A stretch of 64,000 nucleotides of DNA from Lama guanicoe (Eukaryota), in assembly GCA_013239625.1 (NCBI GenBank), contig MU054026.1, positions 558,001 through 622,000 of the forward strand. The letters are read 5' to 3'. Both the position numbers and the translations under genes were made by a program. The notes beneath the pieces were generated by a model that did not search any database, was not told the origin of the DNA, and saw only the letters and a program-made list of their open reading frames with translations. Positions 25,476 to 38,711 of this stretch are shown one piece after another. How positions within the stretch are numbered: the stretch's first letter is position 1; each line of letters begins with the position of its first letter.

Positions 25476-26031
25476 TTTGAACATTTTTTATTGCTTTATA
25501 ATCATTTTACAATGTTGTGTCAAATTCCAGTGTAGAGCACAATTTTTCAGTTATACATGAACATGTATATATTCATTGTCACATTTTTTCTCTGTGAGCT
25601 ACATAAGATCTTGTGTATATTTCCCTGTGCAATACAGTATAATCTTGTTTATCTATTCTACAATTTTGAAATCCCAATCTAACTCTTCTCACCCCCTGCC
25701 CCCTTGGCAACCACAAGTTTGTATTCTATGTCTATGAGTCTATTTCTATTCTGTATTTATGCTTTGTTTGTTTGTTTGTTTGTTTGTTTTTAGATTCCAC
25801 ATATGAGTGATCTCATATGGTATTTTTCTTTCTCTTTCTGGCTTACTTCACTTAGAATGACATTCTCCAGGAGCATCCATGTTGCTGCAAATGGTGTTAT
25901 GTTGTCGGTTTTTATGGCTGAGTAGTATTCCATTGTATAAATATACCACCTCTTCTTTATCCAGTCATCTGTCGATGGACATTTAGGCTGTTTCCATGTC
26001 TTGGCTATTGTAAATAGTGCTGCTATGAACG
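25476..26031 (-). mobile_element. Young 5'-truncated camelid-type L1 (~556 bp)
   Basis: Perfect 17-bp TSD tactaattcttattttt (25459-25475 and 26032-26048); L1 3'UTR plus ORF2 end; highly similar to the copy at 29183-29984. Confidence 0.95.
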
Positions 26032-28149
26032 TACTAATTCTTATTTTTAATTATGTTTTTATTAATCATGTGATTTCTTGTATTTAAAAGTAAAGTATCC
26101 TCAAGAAGCTTCTCTTCTAACTTTTGAGGGCAGATGCTACACGATCCATCTCTGTGAACTGATTGCTGGTCAGTTTTCATCTAACGCTTTGCATAATGAC
26201 TTTCTGGATATTTTTTAAACTTTGTATCAATTTCTTTTTTTCAGGTATGTGTATATGTATGTCTGCTATACTTAGAATATGGTTGGTATTTAGCTACTTT
26301 TAAATTTACATGATTTTTATTGTTAGCACTTTTTTCTTTGGGTGTGGTGACCATCAAATATTTTCCTAAATGTGTATGACCATTGCAGAAAAAGCCTGAT
26401 ATGATTATTAAAATAGAGCAAGTATTACTCATTCTGAAGCCAGGTAAATGGGAGGCATAGTCTAAGCCAAGGATAAAGAGAGTGCTGCTTTAGGAAGACA
26501 GCAGCACCTTCAAAGGCTACTTGGAAACCCGGAAGCAAACGGTAAGTCTGAGGAATGTTTTCGTGCTAAATATCTGTGGAAATGAAACCATTAAAAGAAT
26601 GTTTATTGAAAAGTCAATTAGCAAAAAGCTGACTTCCAGACTCCTTACAATATTATTCAGTGTTCTATGAATTATTTTTAGATGACATGTTTTGTTTTGA
26701 AACCTAAAAAGCCATTATTTTAAAATAGACTGTGGAATTTAAAAGATGGATAAAACGGATAAAAAATACAGTAAGGATGGTTGATTACAAGTGGTTACTT
26801 TGGACCAGTTATTCCACTTCTCTGGGGCTCAACTTTGTTCCCTGTGGAGATGGAGTTCAGCCAAAGGATCCTAGGGTTCTGCCTTCCCACCCTAAGAATT
26901 TTTGGTTTTATTTTATAGTATTATGTCTATGATTGGGTTCTATGTGTATCGTAAATAGATCAAAACCTTTAAGCCCTAGTTTACTGCAGGCAAAATGTTA
27001 AAAAAAATAGTCAGTTGGCATTTTAGGCCTTGACTAAATGAAATTTGCTGATTTTTATCAAATGTGACTTACAGGTGGTCAGACCTATAATTCATTAAAA
27101 AGTGTTGGTACATACCATATTCTCATAAAGGTGACGCCTAAAACAGAGACAAATTAGTAGGGTCAGATTCTGTGGGTAGATAACTTGGATTTTTAGGGTC
27201 TGTGGTTCATAGTTCCTGCTCACGTCTCAGGGTTGTGGGGATGCGGTCATCAACCCTACGTATCCACAGGTGCGGGACCCCTGGATAGGAAGGGCTGACT
27301 GTAACTATTAAAGTGTGAGACCAGATTTATTGATTGATTCTGTCAAGAGACATTTACCCACACGCAGGGTGTAACATACCTCCTTACTGTTATTTTATCT
27401 GGGATCCTTCCACATCTGACACAGTTGGAGCAGAGCCCAGAAGAAAGTCCCTGTTCCTGGGAAGGTAACTCATGAAATTCATCGACTTCATGACATATAA
27501 TTTCAAAACCCGCACAGAGCCTAGGGTAGTGCTTGAACCACATTCAGTGTGGCTGAATCCAAGTTATCCTTTGTCACAAGGGGTCAGGTCTGCCCCTCCC
27601 CCACACTTACAGCATCCAGGGAAGAATGAAAATGGGGGCTCATATTCCATGTGTCTAAATATTTAACGACTATACATCAGGAGAGTGAACTATTAATTCT
27701 GATACATTCTATTATCCTGCCTTGGCTAATACACCTTCATCGTAATCTGGAATGATGGGACTGATTTAGATCCTTGAACACATCACTGGCCCTGGTCTAA
27801 AGCCACACCCTTTCTCTTCCCACCCAGGCCTCTGTTCTACAGTGTGAGACACCTTAAGTGGCCTGAGCAAATACTCCAGTTCAAGCTTTACCTACAACGT
27901 GGCCGCAGCTTCCCTGCACCTGCTCCTTGAGTCTAGGGGTTTTCACACCAGTGATTTGGGTCACCCTCCAGAGGACAGTCCAAGGAAGAGGACCATGTAG
28001 GGGATCTCGGGAAATGCAGGCTTCAGATGGACACATCCCCCAGGGTTTCTGAGGATGGGTGGCTAAAGGGGGCACAGTGTGTCTGTAGAGGCATCTCTGG
28101 CTTGGTTTAGACTCTAACCCAAGGAACCCTGTTAAAGGAAGACATAAGT

Positions 28150-28485
28150 AGACTGTATCTCAAATTTGCTGGGAAGACTCAAGGGCACAAATACGTTGGC
28201 GGTTAGGACCAAGGACAGTTCCTCTCTTTTCTCTTGCTGCTGTGTCTCTGTTTCTTCAGTCTCTCTCCTTGCAGACCAACTTTTTCAGCATCTCTGGTTC
28301 ACATGGCAGGAAATCTGGGCACAGACTATTCCTAGCTGTGCATGTGTTAGTCTGAGCAACCGGAAGGATGCACTTCTTTCTCATTCCAGAATTCTAGGGC
28401 AAATGACTTGACTCTTCTTGTGACAGGATGCTTGTCCTCAACACATCAATTATGGTCAGGGAAATTAGGTACTGGGGTCTGCAGA
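28150..28485 (-). mobile_element. Probable old MaLR LTR relic
   Basis: Pattern of 'ttcacatggcaggaaat...caattatggtcaggg' resembles antisense MLT1/MLT2; degenerate. Confidence 0.35.
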
Positions 28486-29182
28486 GGATTTCATGGCAAA
28501 TATGAAAAGAAGTTTTATGAGAAAAACTTATTAAAATGAAATTGAAAAGAATGAAAAATATATTTTATATTTTAATTACAGCCAGGAGCTATCTTTACAA
28601 GAAAAACAAAGACAGAATATTAAAAAATCTTGTAAGATCATACAGCACACATCCTTTGCTTTATATTTGGCTTTCGTATCATCATTGTGAAGAAAGCCCT
28701 TTTTTGCATAAATATTTGAGGACTTTATCAGATTTCCCAAGGGGTCCCCTTTATCTTTTGAAATTCAAATCATTCTCTTTTGAAGCGCCTAATCTGTCAT
28801 CATTAATCTATTTTTTAATTTTTTTGTTGTTAACTCATCTAATTCTTCTCAGTTTTCAAAGGTCTGTGTCTGATGTAAGCAATTTTCCCCAATCATTTTT
28901 ATAGACCTCATGAAATCTTGAGTCTTCCGCAAAATGTGTGATTTCACTTTGCAGTCATTTTACATTGCGTATTTGTATATGAATGCAGTGCAAACCAACG
29001 AGATACAGCTGCCTGGGTTGTAGATCAGAAAGGGTGGAAAAGATAGAGTCTAAGTTTAAGAAATATGGGGAGGTAGGAGAGGATAGTTGTGTAGGCAGTA
29101 GGCTTGTTAGCAAATATTTTCGTGTTTGAAAGAATTTTGCTTTGCCTTGAAATGTCATAATTGCAAGGAACCAGATAATTTT

Positions 29183-29984
29183 CACAATGAGGTATCACCT
29201 CACACCAGTCAGAATGGCCATCATTCAAAAATTCACAAATGACAAATGTTGGAGAGGCTGTGGAGAAAAGGGAACCCTCCTACACTGCTGGTGGGAATGC
29301 AGTTTGGCGCAGCCATTGTGGAAAACAGTGTGGAGATTCCTCAAAAGACTAGGAATAGACTTACCATATGACCCAGGAATCCCACTCCTGGGCTTGTATC
29401 CAGAAGGAAATCTACTTCAGGATGACACCTGCACCCCAATGTTCATAGCAGCACTATTTACAATAGCCAAAACATGGAAACAGCCTAAATGTCCATCAAC
29501 AGGTGACTGGATAAAGAAGAGGTGGTATATTTATACAATGGAATACTACTCAGCCATAAAAANNNNNNNNNNNNNNNNNNNNNNNNNNNNNNNNNNNNNN
29601 NNNNNNNNNNNNNNNNNNNNNNNNNNNNNNNNNNNNNNNNNNNNNNNNNNNNNNNNTGGAATCTAAAAAAAAAAAAAAACACAAACAAAGCATAAATACA
29701 AAACAGAAATAGACTCATAGACATAGAATACAAACTTGTGGTTGCCAAAGGGGCAGGGGGTGGGAAGGGACAGCCTGGGATTTCAAAATGTAGAATAGAT
29801 AAATAAGATTACATTGTATAGCACAGGAAAATACATACAAGATCTTACGGTAGCTGACAGAGAAAAAAATGTGACAATGAATATATATATATATATTCTT
29901 GTATAACTGAAAAATTGTGCTCCACACTGGAATTTGACACAACATTGTAAAATGATTATAAATCAATAAAATATGTTAAAAAAA
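29183..29984 (+). mobile_element. Young 5'-truncated L1 (ORF2 C-terminus plus 3'UTR), spanning an assembly gap
   Basis: Open frame [13 protein letters not shown]...[18 protein letters not shown]...YTMEYYSAIK is the L1 ORF2p Cys-rich C-terminus; AATAAA and A tail at ~29965-29984. Confidence 0.95.
29563..29656. other. Assembly gap (94 N)
   Basis: Run of N. Confidence 1.
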
Positions 29985-30129
29985 TTACAACCCCCAAACC
30001 TCATGAATTATACCTTCTTATATGACCATTTCAACATCTTATTCACCCCCAAAACACTGGACAATATAATTTCCAACAGAATGTACTCTGGCATAGTTAA
30101 ATAGAAACATCCATGTATATTTGCACAAA

Positions 30130-30330
30130 CCTTTAGGGTTTTCCAAGTATTCCAAATACAATCACATGTGAGTTTCACCAGAACCTTGTCATGCAGGTGT
30201 GTTAACCATTAGCTTCATTTTCAGATGAGAAGATGTAGACTTAGAAATATTAAGTGACTTCCCCCACGGATACATTAGGTGGTCATTAGAACTGAGACAG
30301 GATCCAGGTCTTCTGAGTACCTTCCCCCTT
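30130..30330. mobile_element. MIR SINE relic
   Basis: cattttcagatgagaagatgtagacttagaaatattaagtgacttcccc is the MIR core. Confidence 0.7.
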
Positions 30331-30339
30331 CCTCTATAA

Positions 30340-30719
30340 CAAGGGTCAGCAAACTTTTTCTGTAAAAGCCCAGATGGCACCTGTTTTAGGCTTTGTGAGC
30401 CATGTGATCTCTGCCGCGATACAGCCACTTCTGCGGCTGTAGCCTGAAAGCTGCCATCGACAATATATAAACAAGTGGGCGCGAAACAACTGTGTTCCAA
30501 TTAAACTTTCTTTTAACTTTTTTTTGGGGGGAGGGCAGTAATACGGCTTGTCTATTTATTTATTTTTTAATAGCAGTGCTGGGGATTGAACTGAGGACCT
30601 CCTGTATGCTAGGCATGCACTCTGCCACTGAGCTATACCCTCCCCCACCCCAATTAAACTTTCTTTACGAAATAGACTGTGGGCTGGATTTGGCCCATGA
30701 TTGTAGTTTGCCAGCCCTG
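30340..30719 (+). mobile_element. MER58A-like hAT-Charlie MITE, interrupted by a SINE
   Basis: Terminal inverted repeats caagggtcagcaaact / agtttgccagccctg; internal ttttctgtaaaagcccagat...gggctggatttggccc. Confidence 0.85.
30514..30649 (-). mobile_element. tRNA-Ala-derived camelid SINE (vic-1 type) nested in MER58A
   Basis: Minus strand reads ggggagggtatagctcagtggcagagtgcatgcctagc...gttcaatcccc; perfect 17-bp TSD ccaattaaactttcttt (30497-30513 and 30650-30666). Confidence 0.92.
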
Positions 30720-31754
30720 AATCATTCTGTATCATTCTACAGAGTTTTTCTTTAATAAACAGAGAGGAGAGTTTCAGTTCTATGTATCGCGTACTTTTTG
30801 AAGTGTATTGATTCTGGTATCTGCTATCTAGATAACGCCTATTTCATTAGTATGAGAATCTCTTGTTTGTTCTCCTTTTGGTAAAAGTCACTTAGCTCTG
30901 GAATAGACAGGAGTTTGCTCCCATCAGTTCCTGGTTCAGTTCATACCAATGCTGTCTCGTCTTTCCTCATTGGTTTCTTCCTGATCACTTTCAGCTGCCC
31001 CTTGGCGCTCCGTGCACCTTGCTGCTGACCACCGCTTGGAATTTGGAGATTTCCATTCTCCCTAGGGCTATTGCCATATTGACTTCCATGAGAAAAGAAA
31101 TGTGAACACCACCAGCCTCAGTTCCCCAAAGCACCATTGGCCCAAGGCCATCTTGGGTAACGGCTTTTACTGCAAGGTTAGGAATAGCCGGAGGGAACTC
31201 CGTCATAGACAAATAATTATTTCCAGAGAACAAGCAAGGAAGTACAAAGGAGTCCTCTCATTGGCACGTCTCATTTCTTGTCTTCTTCCCTCTCATATTG
31301 TGTTTCCTCTCTTCTTCTAGAGTGGCCCCCTCTTCCATTCTCTGTGATATAAACTATCATGTAGGGAAACCCTATTTTTTCCTGGAGGAAAACACTCAAA
31401 ACCTATATTTTCTTACAGCCTCCAAATGGGAGCTGTCCATTCCATTTTTGAGCTTATTACCATTGCATCAACTAAAGATCTGGAGAAGAAAAATCAAAAC
31501 TTGGTTTTGCTATGTTAGCCATACTTACTGAATTTAGATGTGAAGCCATCTAACATTCATTTTAACCATTCAGGATAACAGTTGTTACAGTGTCACATGT
31601 ATTTTGCTGTAGCAGAGTACAGAAGAACACTAACTGGACTCACTCATTCTCTGAAGTTTTGGACCAGGGGCGTGGTCATCCGCTCCTAACTGAATTGTCT
31701 TAGTGGAGCATTCTTTATATGTATCCTAGAGACATTCAAATAATCTAGTAACTG

Positions 31755-32104
31755 AATGAATAGATGGAGCATGAGGGACTTTTTAGGGCAATTAAATTAC
31801 TCAGTATGATACTGTAGTGGTCGCTACACGTCATTATGCATTTGTCAAAGCCCATAGAATACGCAACATCAAGAGTGAACCCTAATGTAAACTACGGACT
31901 TTGGTTGATAATAACGCACCCATGTTGGTTCATCGACAAATACGCCACACTGATGAGGGATGTTGAGGGTAGGGGAGTATCTATGTGTGGGTGGGGAGGG
32001 CTATGTGCGAACTCTGTATTTTCTGCTCAGTTCTGCTGTGAATTTGAAACTGCTCTAAAAAATAAAGCCTATTAATAAAAAAAATTATGCAGCTAAAAAA
32101 ATAC
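31755..32104 (+). mobile_element. L1MC1/2-like 3' end
   Basis: caagagtgaaccctaatgtaaactacggacttt...aaactgctctaaaaaataaag; 12-bp TSD atctagtaactg (31743-31754 and 32105-32116); homologous to 60680-61030. Confidence 0.85.
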
Positions 32105-33527
32105 ATCTAGTAACTGCCCATTGGTCCTCATCAGTGAACTCTGCAGTCTTCCCTGTGTTGGCAGACACAGTCCAAGGTCATTGGCAAATCTATAACTAAC
32201 TCTATATTCTTCAAAATGGTTCAGTTACATTTCCCCAATTAAAAAAAAAGGCAAAATAATGATCTGGAAGTAATCACGCACTCTAGGAAATAGTGTGTGG
32301 GGGAGACTGAGATGGAATAGCTCAATTTCTGTCTTAGGATGAGGAGGTCTGATGCAAGGTTAAGCATCCTCTGCTTGGCTTCATCCTTCCCTGTGGCTAA
32401 GTGCCTGCCTGGTGTTGGGAGCGTGAGGGAGACTAGGAGACACACGAGGCTGGGATGACTGAGTGCGGGGTTTCTCTTGCTATTTTTTTCAATTATTTGT
32501 GGCGTGGCACCTGCGCTTTAGATAGCATCCTTAATCAGAGTGACTCAAAGTGCTTTCCACAGAGTAGCTGCATTATCCTTATTTTATAAAGAGACGAAGA
32601 GAAAGAGAGAGAAAGCTAAGTGATCTGCCCAAGTTCCTAGAAATGGCAAAATAGCTGGAAATAGTTCTCAGAGAGCCCCAACTCCCTGTGCAACTTCAAA
32701 CTGAGGGGTATTCATATCAGATACAGTGGGGATCAGAGAATTGTAAGACTGGTTTGCTGCCCATTGGCTGTGCGACCTAGGGCACTCTACTGATGCTCTC
32801 TGGCTTTGGTTTCTTTATTTTGAAAATTATCTTGTAGTCATGGTAGCATTCAATTTCTATGTCATGGTCTCAGAAATGTTAAACTCTTAACTTTTGAAAT
32901 AATGGTATTTGGGGCAGAACTGAACTTTACGTCTGTTCTGTTCTTGATAGAAGAATTTTAATGCGAATGACAATTTAAATTTCAAAACAGCACTTGTTTG
33001 GAGCCTTTGGCATCCATCACTGAGATGCAAGGGAGCGTGTTCAGTAAAGCTGACCTCCTAGGAGGTCTAGCTGGTGTCTTATTGAGCATCCTTTTTTATC
33101 CATTTGGCACATCTTTAATGAATCTGGACTATGTTCAAAGCCCTTGTGCTAGAAAATTCTGGAATACAGAAATGAATGAAGTACAATTCTTGCCCTCTAG
33201 GTAACTGCAAACAGTAGAGAGGGTCATAAACACACCACTCAGTAGAATCCAAGGAGGGATGAAATATCAGTGAAATGAGGTAAAACTAGTGGGTTGATGC
33301 AATGCCCCGCTAATGAGAGCATGGGATTTTGGAGTCAGGAAACTTGAGTCTGAATTCTGACTCTACCATTTATTTGGGTAAAATATAGCAGCTCACATGG
33401 GTTCTCTAAACCCTGGCTTTGTCATCTGTAAAGTGAAACTGATAATAAAACCCACCTGATGCAATTAAATGACATAATTAAAGTGAAAATATTTATATTA
33501 GATGAATTCATGTGTAAAAGATAATTA

Positions 33528-33998
33528 GACATGTTTGCAACAACATGGATGGAGCTGGAAAGCGTCATACTGTGTGAAGTAAGACAGAAAGAGAAAGATA
33601 AATACCATATATCACTCACATGTGGAATCTAAAAAAAAAAAAGACACAAATGAACTTATTTAGACAACAGAGACAGACACACAGACATAGAAGACAAACT
33701 TATGGTCACCAGAGGGGAAAGGAGGTGGCGAGGAATAAATTGGGAGTTTGGGACTTGCAGATAACACACTACTATATATAAAAGAGATAAACAACAAGGT
33801 TCTACTGTGTGGTACATGGTATATCAATACCTTGTAAGGCCTATAATAAAAAAAAGAGAATGAAAAGGAATATATGTATATATTTATTTATGTTTATATT
33901 TATATTTATATTTATAAATGAATCACTATGCTGTACACCAAAAATTAACACATTGTAAATTGAGTATATATCAATCAATCAATCAATCAAGGGAAAAA
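33528..33998 (+). mobile_element. 5'-truncated cetartiodactyl L1 3' end, adjacent to or within a MIR (33310-33527)
   Basis: tttgcaacaacatggatggagctgga...tgtggaatctaaaa...tgctgtacacc...acattgtaaa, then a (TCAA)n/A tail. Confidence 0.88.
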
Positions 33999-34764
33999 AT
34001 GGTACTAGGGCCTAAGAATTGGGAAAAATGTAAGAAGGATAGCTTTTAATGGAGACCTGAAATCTGAGAAGAATGTCATTATGACTAGAAAATGACTAGA
34101 AAAAAGTCAAGAAGAAATAGCACATAAAAAAAGCAACATAGCAATGAGCAAAAACCTGAGGACCTTGATGGTCAGAAGTATGGCGGACTTAATGGACACT
34201 TGGAGCAGAGGTAATCAGAAAGCTGAGAAGGGGTCAGTATGGGTGGCATGCACCACTGATTCTTTGTTGGTGATGTTGCATGCATTTTAAGTTAATTATT
34301 CTTAGTTCTTTTCAAATATTCTATTCAAATATTTCACTAGAGTTCGGATTGACCTCTTCTCTAGAATGAATGAAAATCTATGACATTTTACTACACATGG
34401 TGTCACTATAAAGTAATGAAATTAATTTTCATGTGTAGCTTGACATCCCACTGACAGCTTTAAAGTCACATTCAAAGAAATTATTTATTATCCTTGCATG
34501 ATTAGTTACTTTATAGGGTTTCCATCATAATCGTTTATTTCTTACTTTCTTTCTGATATTTTCTCAGGCTTGTCAGGACCAATTCACTGTGAGAAATTTA
34601 GGTTATCATTTCTTTGCCTCATCCTTGCCCTATGTAAAGTGAACATTTATACATGTGTTTTTGGAGTGCTTCTTGGTGAACAAAATTTTGACGGGGTATT
34701 CAAAAAAGTGTTTTATCATAATGATTTCCTATCAGGAGGTCAAAAATCTAACCAGGAACCCTGA

Positions 34765-35380
34765 TGGATTACTAGTGGAAATGTGAACTGGTACTGTCAC
34801 TTTGGAAAACAGGCAACTTCTTAAAACGTTATGCATGAATTTATCACGATTCCACAATTCCACTGCTAGGAATCGACCCAGGAGGAATGAAAACATATGT
34901 CCACACAAAACCTGTATGTGAAAGTTCACGGCAGCATTATTCATAATAGACAAAAAGTGGAAACAGTTCAAACGTCCATTAACCAGTGAATTTGTGAACA
35001 AATATAATATATCCATATAAGGGAATATTATTCAGCAACTAAAAGGAATGAGTACTGATACACTCTACGGCATGTATACAACTCAGAAACACTATGAAGA
35101 CAGACACAAAAGACCACATATTCTATGATTCTAATCACATGAAATTACTAGAGAAGATGAATTTATAGAGATGAGAAGTAAATAGTGTGGTTGCCTGGGC
35201 TGGGGGTGTGATTGAGTGTGACTGCAAATGATCACAAGATTTCTTTTTTGAAATGATAAAAATATTCTAAAGTGAGGTTGAATGGTAATTGCACGTCTCC
35301 TTATATTTACTAAAAATCATTGACTAGTACACTTAAAATGGATAACATAAAATTTTATCTTAATAAAGTTGATAAAAAGC
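34765..35380 (+). mobile_element. Old L1 (L1MB8/L1ME1-like) 3' end
   Basis: actttggaaaacag...atgaaaacatatgtccacacaaaa...gcagcattattcataataga...cttaataaagttg. Confidence 0.8.
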
Positions 35381-38300
35381 TGTCTGGAAAAATAAGATAA
35401 TTTTGAGGCAAAATATACAGGAACATTAAAATTTTTCGATACACATGTAATGCAGACCATAATTTAAAACTCAAGACATTAGAAAAGAGACATCACTTTC
35501 GATTGGGTTTGAAAGACTTCTTTGTGGAAAAAGTGGATTTCTGAAGTGATTATGAAACTGTTCTGTGTTTGAATCGAATGTTGAAAGACGAATAGAATTT
35601 ATTCAAGGTGCTTTGATAATTTGATTCAAACCAAACTCCCTAAACACATATTTCTTTATTTTCTTTATGGCACCTTAGTTTTGATTAGAATTTCCCATTC
35701 ACTGTTTGTTAAAGATAATTTGATATATACTACCTTCCCCCAGAATATTACTTTTCCTTTCAGAAATTACTTCATGGTAAGCGTGATAGCTTATTTCTCT
35801 GTATTCCTCAACAAGGACTCACCTAGCACTAAACATAACTTAGGGTCCAATAAACATAGCCTTTGGCTGCTTGACTGATCAGCTGATACCATGCCAGGGG
35901 TAGGACAAGCCAGGGCATCATGACAGAGGTAGGGTGGTGCGAAGCCTGGTGCTTATGAGACGGCTGGATAATTATTTGGGGGCTCAACTAGGAGGCCCTT
36001 GAATGGCAGGTATGGGAATGTGACAACAGATGAAGCTGGTTGGGGACCAAAAGAAAGGCCGTCATATTGTAATGGTTGTATTTTGGGAAATGAGCGTGCC
36101 AGCAGCGCGAGGGTTGGTTTGGTAGAGGAGAACCCAGTGTCAATAAAAACATGATCGCTGTTTTTTCATCATGCATGCAAAGTTCAGTTCATCTCTCCTG
36201 AGCATCTGGTGGTTGTTTGCTTGGCTTTAAATTCTGCCTCCTGGAAATCATTTGATTCTTTGCACTTCTCCTTTGGCATGAACTTGAGGAGGCTGAGTTC
36301 TGTTGAAAAATTCCTCTAGAGTGTGCTTTGCAACAAGGCAACAATTTTTTTTTTTCCCCATGAACTTCCATCCTATTCTGCCATCCTTGATTTTAGAGGT
36401 AGCAACGAGAAAATAAAATTCCTTTACAAACATTGGCTCAAACTAGATGTTGCTTTTTATTATTTTTTTTAAATAACATCTGCTCGAAATTGAAAGCCCT
36501 TTTGTTGCTACGATACTTAACTCACACATGAGACCGTAATGTTATGTCTACAATAGTTTCATTCTTTCTGGTTAAAGGGGCAGGTTTCTCAGCACAGCAG
36601 CAACACACAGAGTCTGCTGTTAAGAGCCGCACTGTAACTTGGTGCTTTTCAGTCTGACCTTCAACACACCCAGCATCCCCCAAATCAATGCACTGAGCTC
36701 TGTGGGTCCGAGGACCGGCAGGGACTGTGATCTTGAAGTTGGTATCAATAACCACAGCACATAAGCTCACATCCAGGTGTACATTTTCCTTCATTCTCCA
36801 CACGAAATGATGAGGTCGATACTCTCCTATTTTGAAAGGAATTGAAGTTCAAGGAACAAAAGGGCTATTAACGCTATACAAATCACACCGGTGTTGCGGT
36901 GGACGGCTCCCACAACTCCACCTGGAGCTCACAAAAATCCGGAAGCCTGGTGTTCCCTGAGACCAAAAGGTGGAACGAAGCCCACTGACCTCTTTCAAAG
37001 TGAAGAGAAGAAATGCTTCCAAACAACAAGGATATAAACCAGTTTTCATTCATGGACTCCCCATCGTTCAATGAGAGCTGAATTTGAGATTGACTCAAAG
37101 AGCCTATTGTAGGATTGGAGTCGGTTAAAATTGACAGCAATGACAAGATACGCGAGCAGACTTTTGAGGAGTGAAAGCATTTATGTTGGTTGAACATTTT
37201 GCAGATGATTTGAACTGATGTATTTGGTCAGACGGGTTGATCATAACTTTCTCTGTCCAGTTAAGTATGACAAAGCCACGACAATCAGGGTCAGTTTGTC
37301 AAACTGAATTGTCACATGGAAGGACTCAGGTAGATCAGTTTGACCTTTAGAGGAATAGTTCTTAAAACACTGGGTACATCTCACCCCCAACACTCTCTTG
37401 ATTTAGTTGATTTAGTCAAAGAGAATTCTAGTGGTTTAGAATCATGCTGAAAGTTCAGTTGTCATTTGAAAAATGTTATCTGATTGTGATGCCAAACAAG
37501 TATCAAATTGGGGCTACACTGTGCATGAAAAGCAATAATTGTGTGATGAGTTTTGGGTGTTGGAGACCTCAAAAAATTTTAAATAACATCCAGGGAATTT
37601 AAGTCTATGACACTACAATTCATACTAAGTTTTACCTTAAGGGGGCTGTATTTCACATGGATTTCACTGGAGGATTAAGTAGGGAAGGCTCAAGAAACTC
37701 AACTGAGGAAGAGAAGAAATCAGTAACTCCTGAAACATCACGGTGTGTGGGAGTGTGGAGAGGTTGGCGGTCAGGTCCTGGAGATGATTGTTCTAGAAAG
37801 GAAAACCTCAAGCAGCCAAGAAGATCCACAAGAGAGCAGCCTGTTTTGGTTACTAATCAGGGTTGGTGTTTGCTGAGTTCTTCCTCCTTTTAAAATTGTT
37901 CATTAAATGCATATCTATGTTGCATTAATATTTAATTTAATAAGTAATTAAATATTGGGTTGAATTTTTTTTTTCATTAGCTCCCAGTGATTATGTGGTC
38001 TGATATAAGCATAGGCAAGGAGCAATCATTCTGGTTACTCATAACGGTGAGTGGCCAAGAGAGTGATCACATAGGAGCAAAAATATGGTGGCAACTGGGA
38101 GCTCCTAGGAACGCGAGATATGACTTAGTCCAATGTTTCACTTTACAGAAGAGGAAACGAAGTCCCGGAGAGGTCATGCGGTGTCTCATGGGAAGTTCAC
38201 TGTGATGCCAGCACTAGGGCTTAATTCTAGTCTTGTCTGCTACCTTGGGTGGACTGGGTTTACAGCGACTTTCAAGGAATTTGACTTCAAATGCTCTCTG

Positions 38301-38711
38301 TGTAGCTGTGGTTCTGATTCAAGGATCGCTTCTTGAATGATTGAACCCATCAAAGAGGTTACTGAATCATGTTTCTAGTTATTGCTGAAAACAGACACAA
38401 TCGTTTGATAAAAAGAGAAACAAGTGTTCTGCACGGGGGTCTGCTTTTGGTTTAGTTGCAAAACATACCTGCTCTGGATGCTTCCCCCTTACTTTAGAAC
38501 TTCTTTGTAAAAGATTTAAGGACTTTCTGGAAAGAGTGGAGGATGTATTGGTACATAATGAATATCTGATGGTGAGAAGAGAGTGATTTTTCTCCTAAAC
38601 TCATCTCCTTTATCAGAGTATCCCCTGGTCACTCACTGAATAATAATATCCTTGAAAACAGAAGCTAACATTTATGACTGATTATTGTGTAACATGCTGT
38701 TCAAAACATCT

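Noticed and set aside
36807..36960. C/D box snoRNA (ATGATGA...CTGA)
   Set aside because: No terminal stem and no recognisable rRNA/snRNA guide; such short boxes occur by chance.
37927..37956. 11-bp inverted repeat hairpin
   Set aside because: Entirely A/T in low-complexity sequence; expected by chance.
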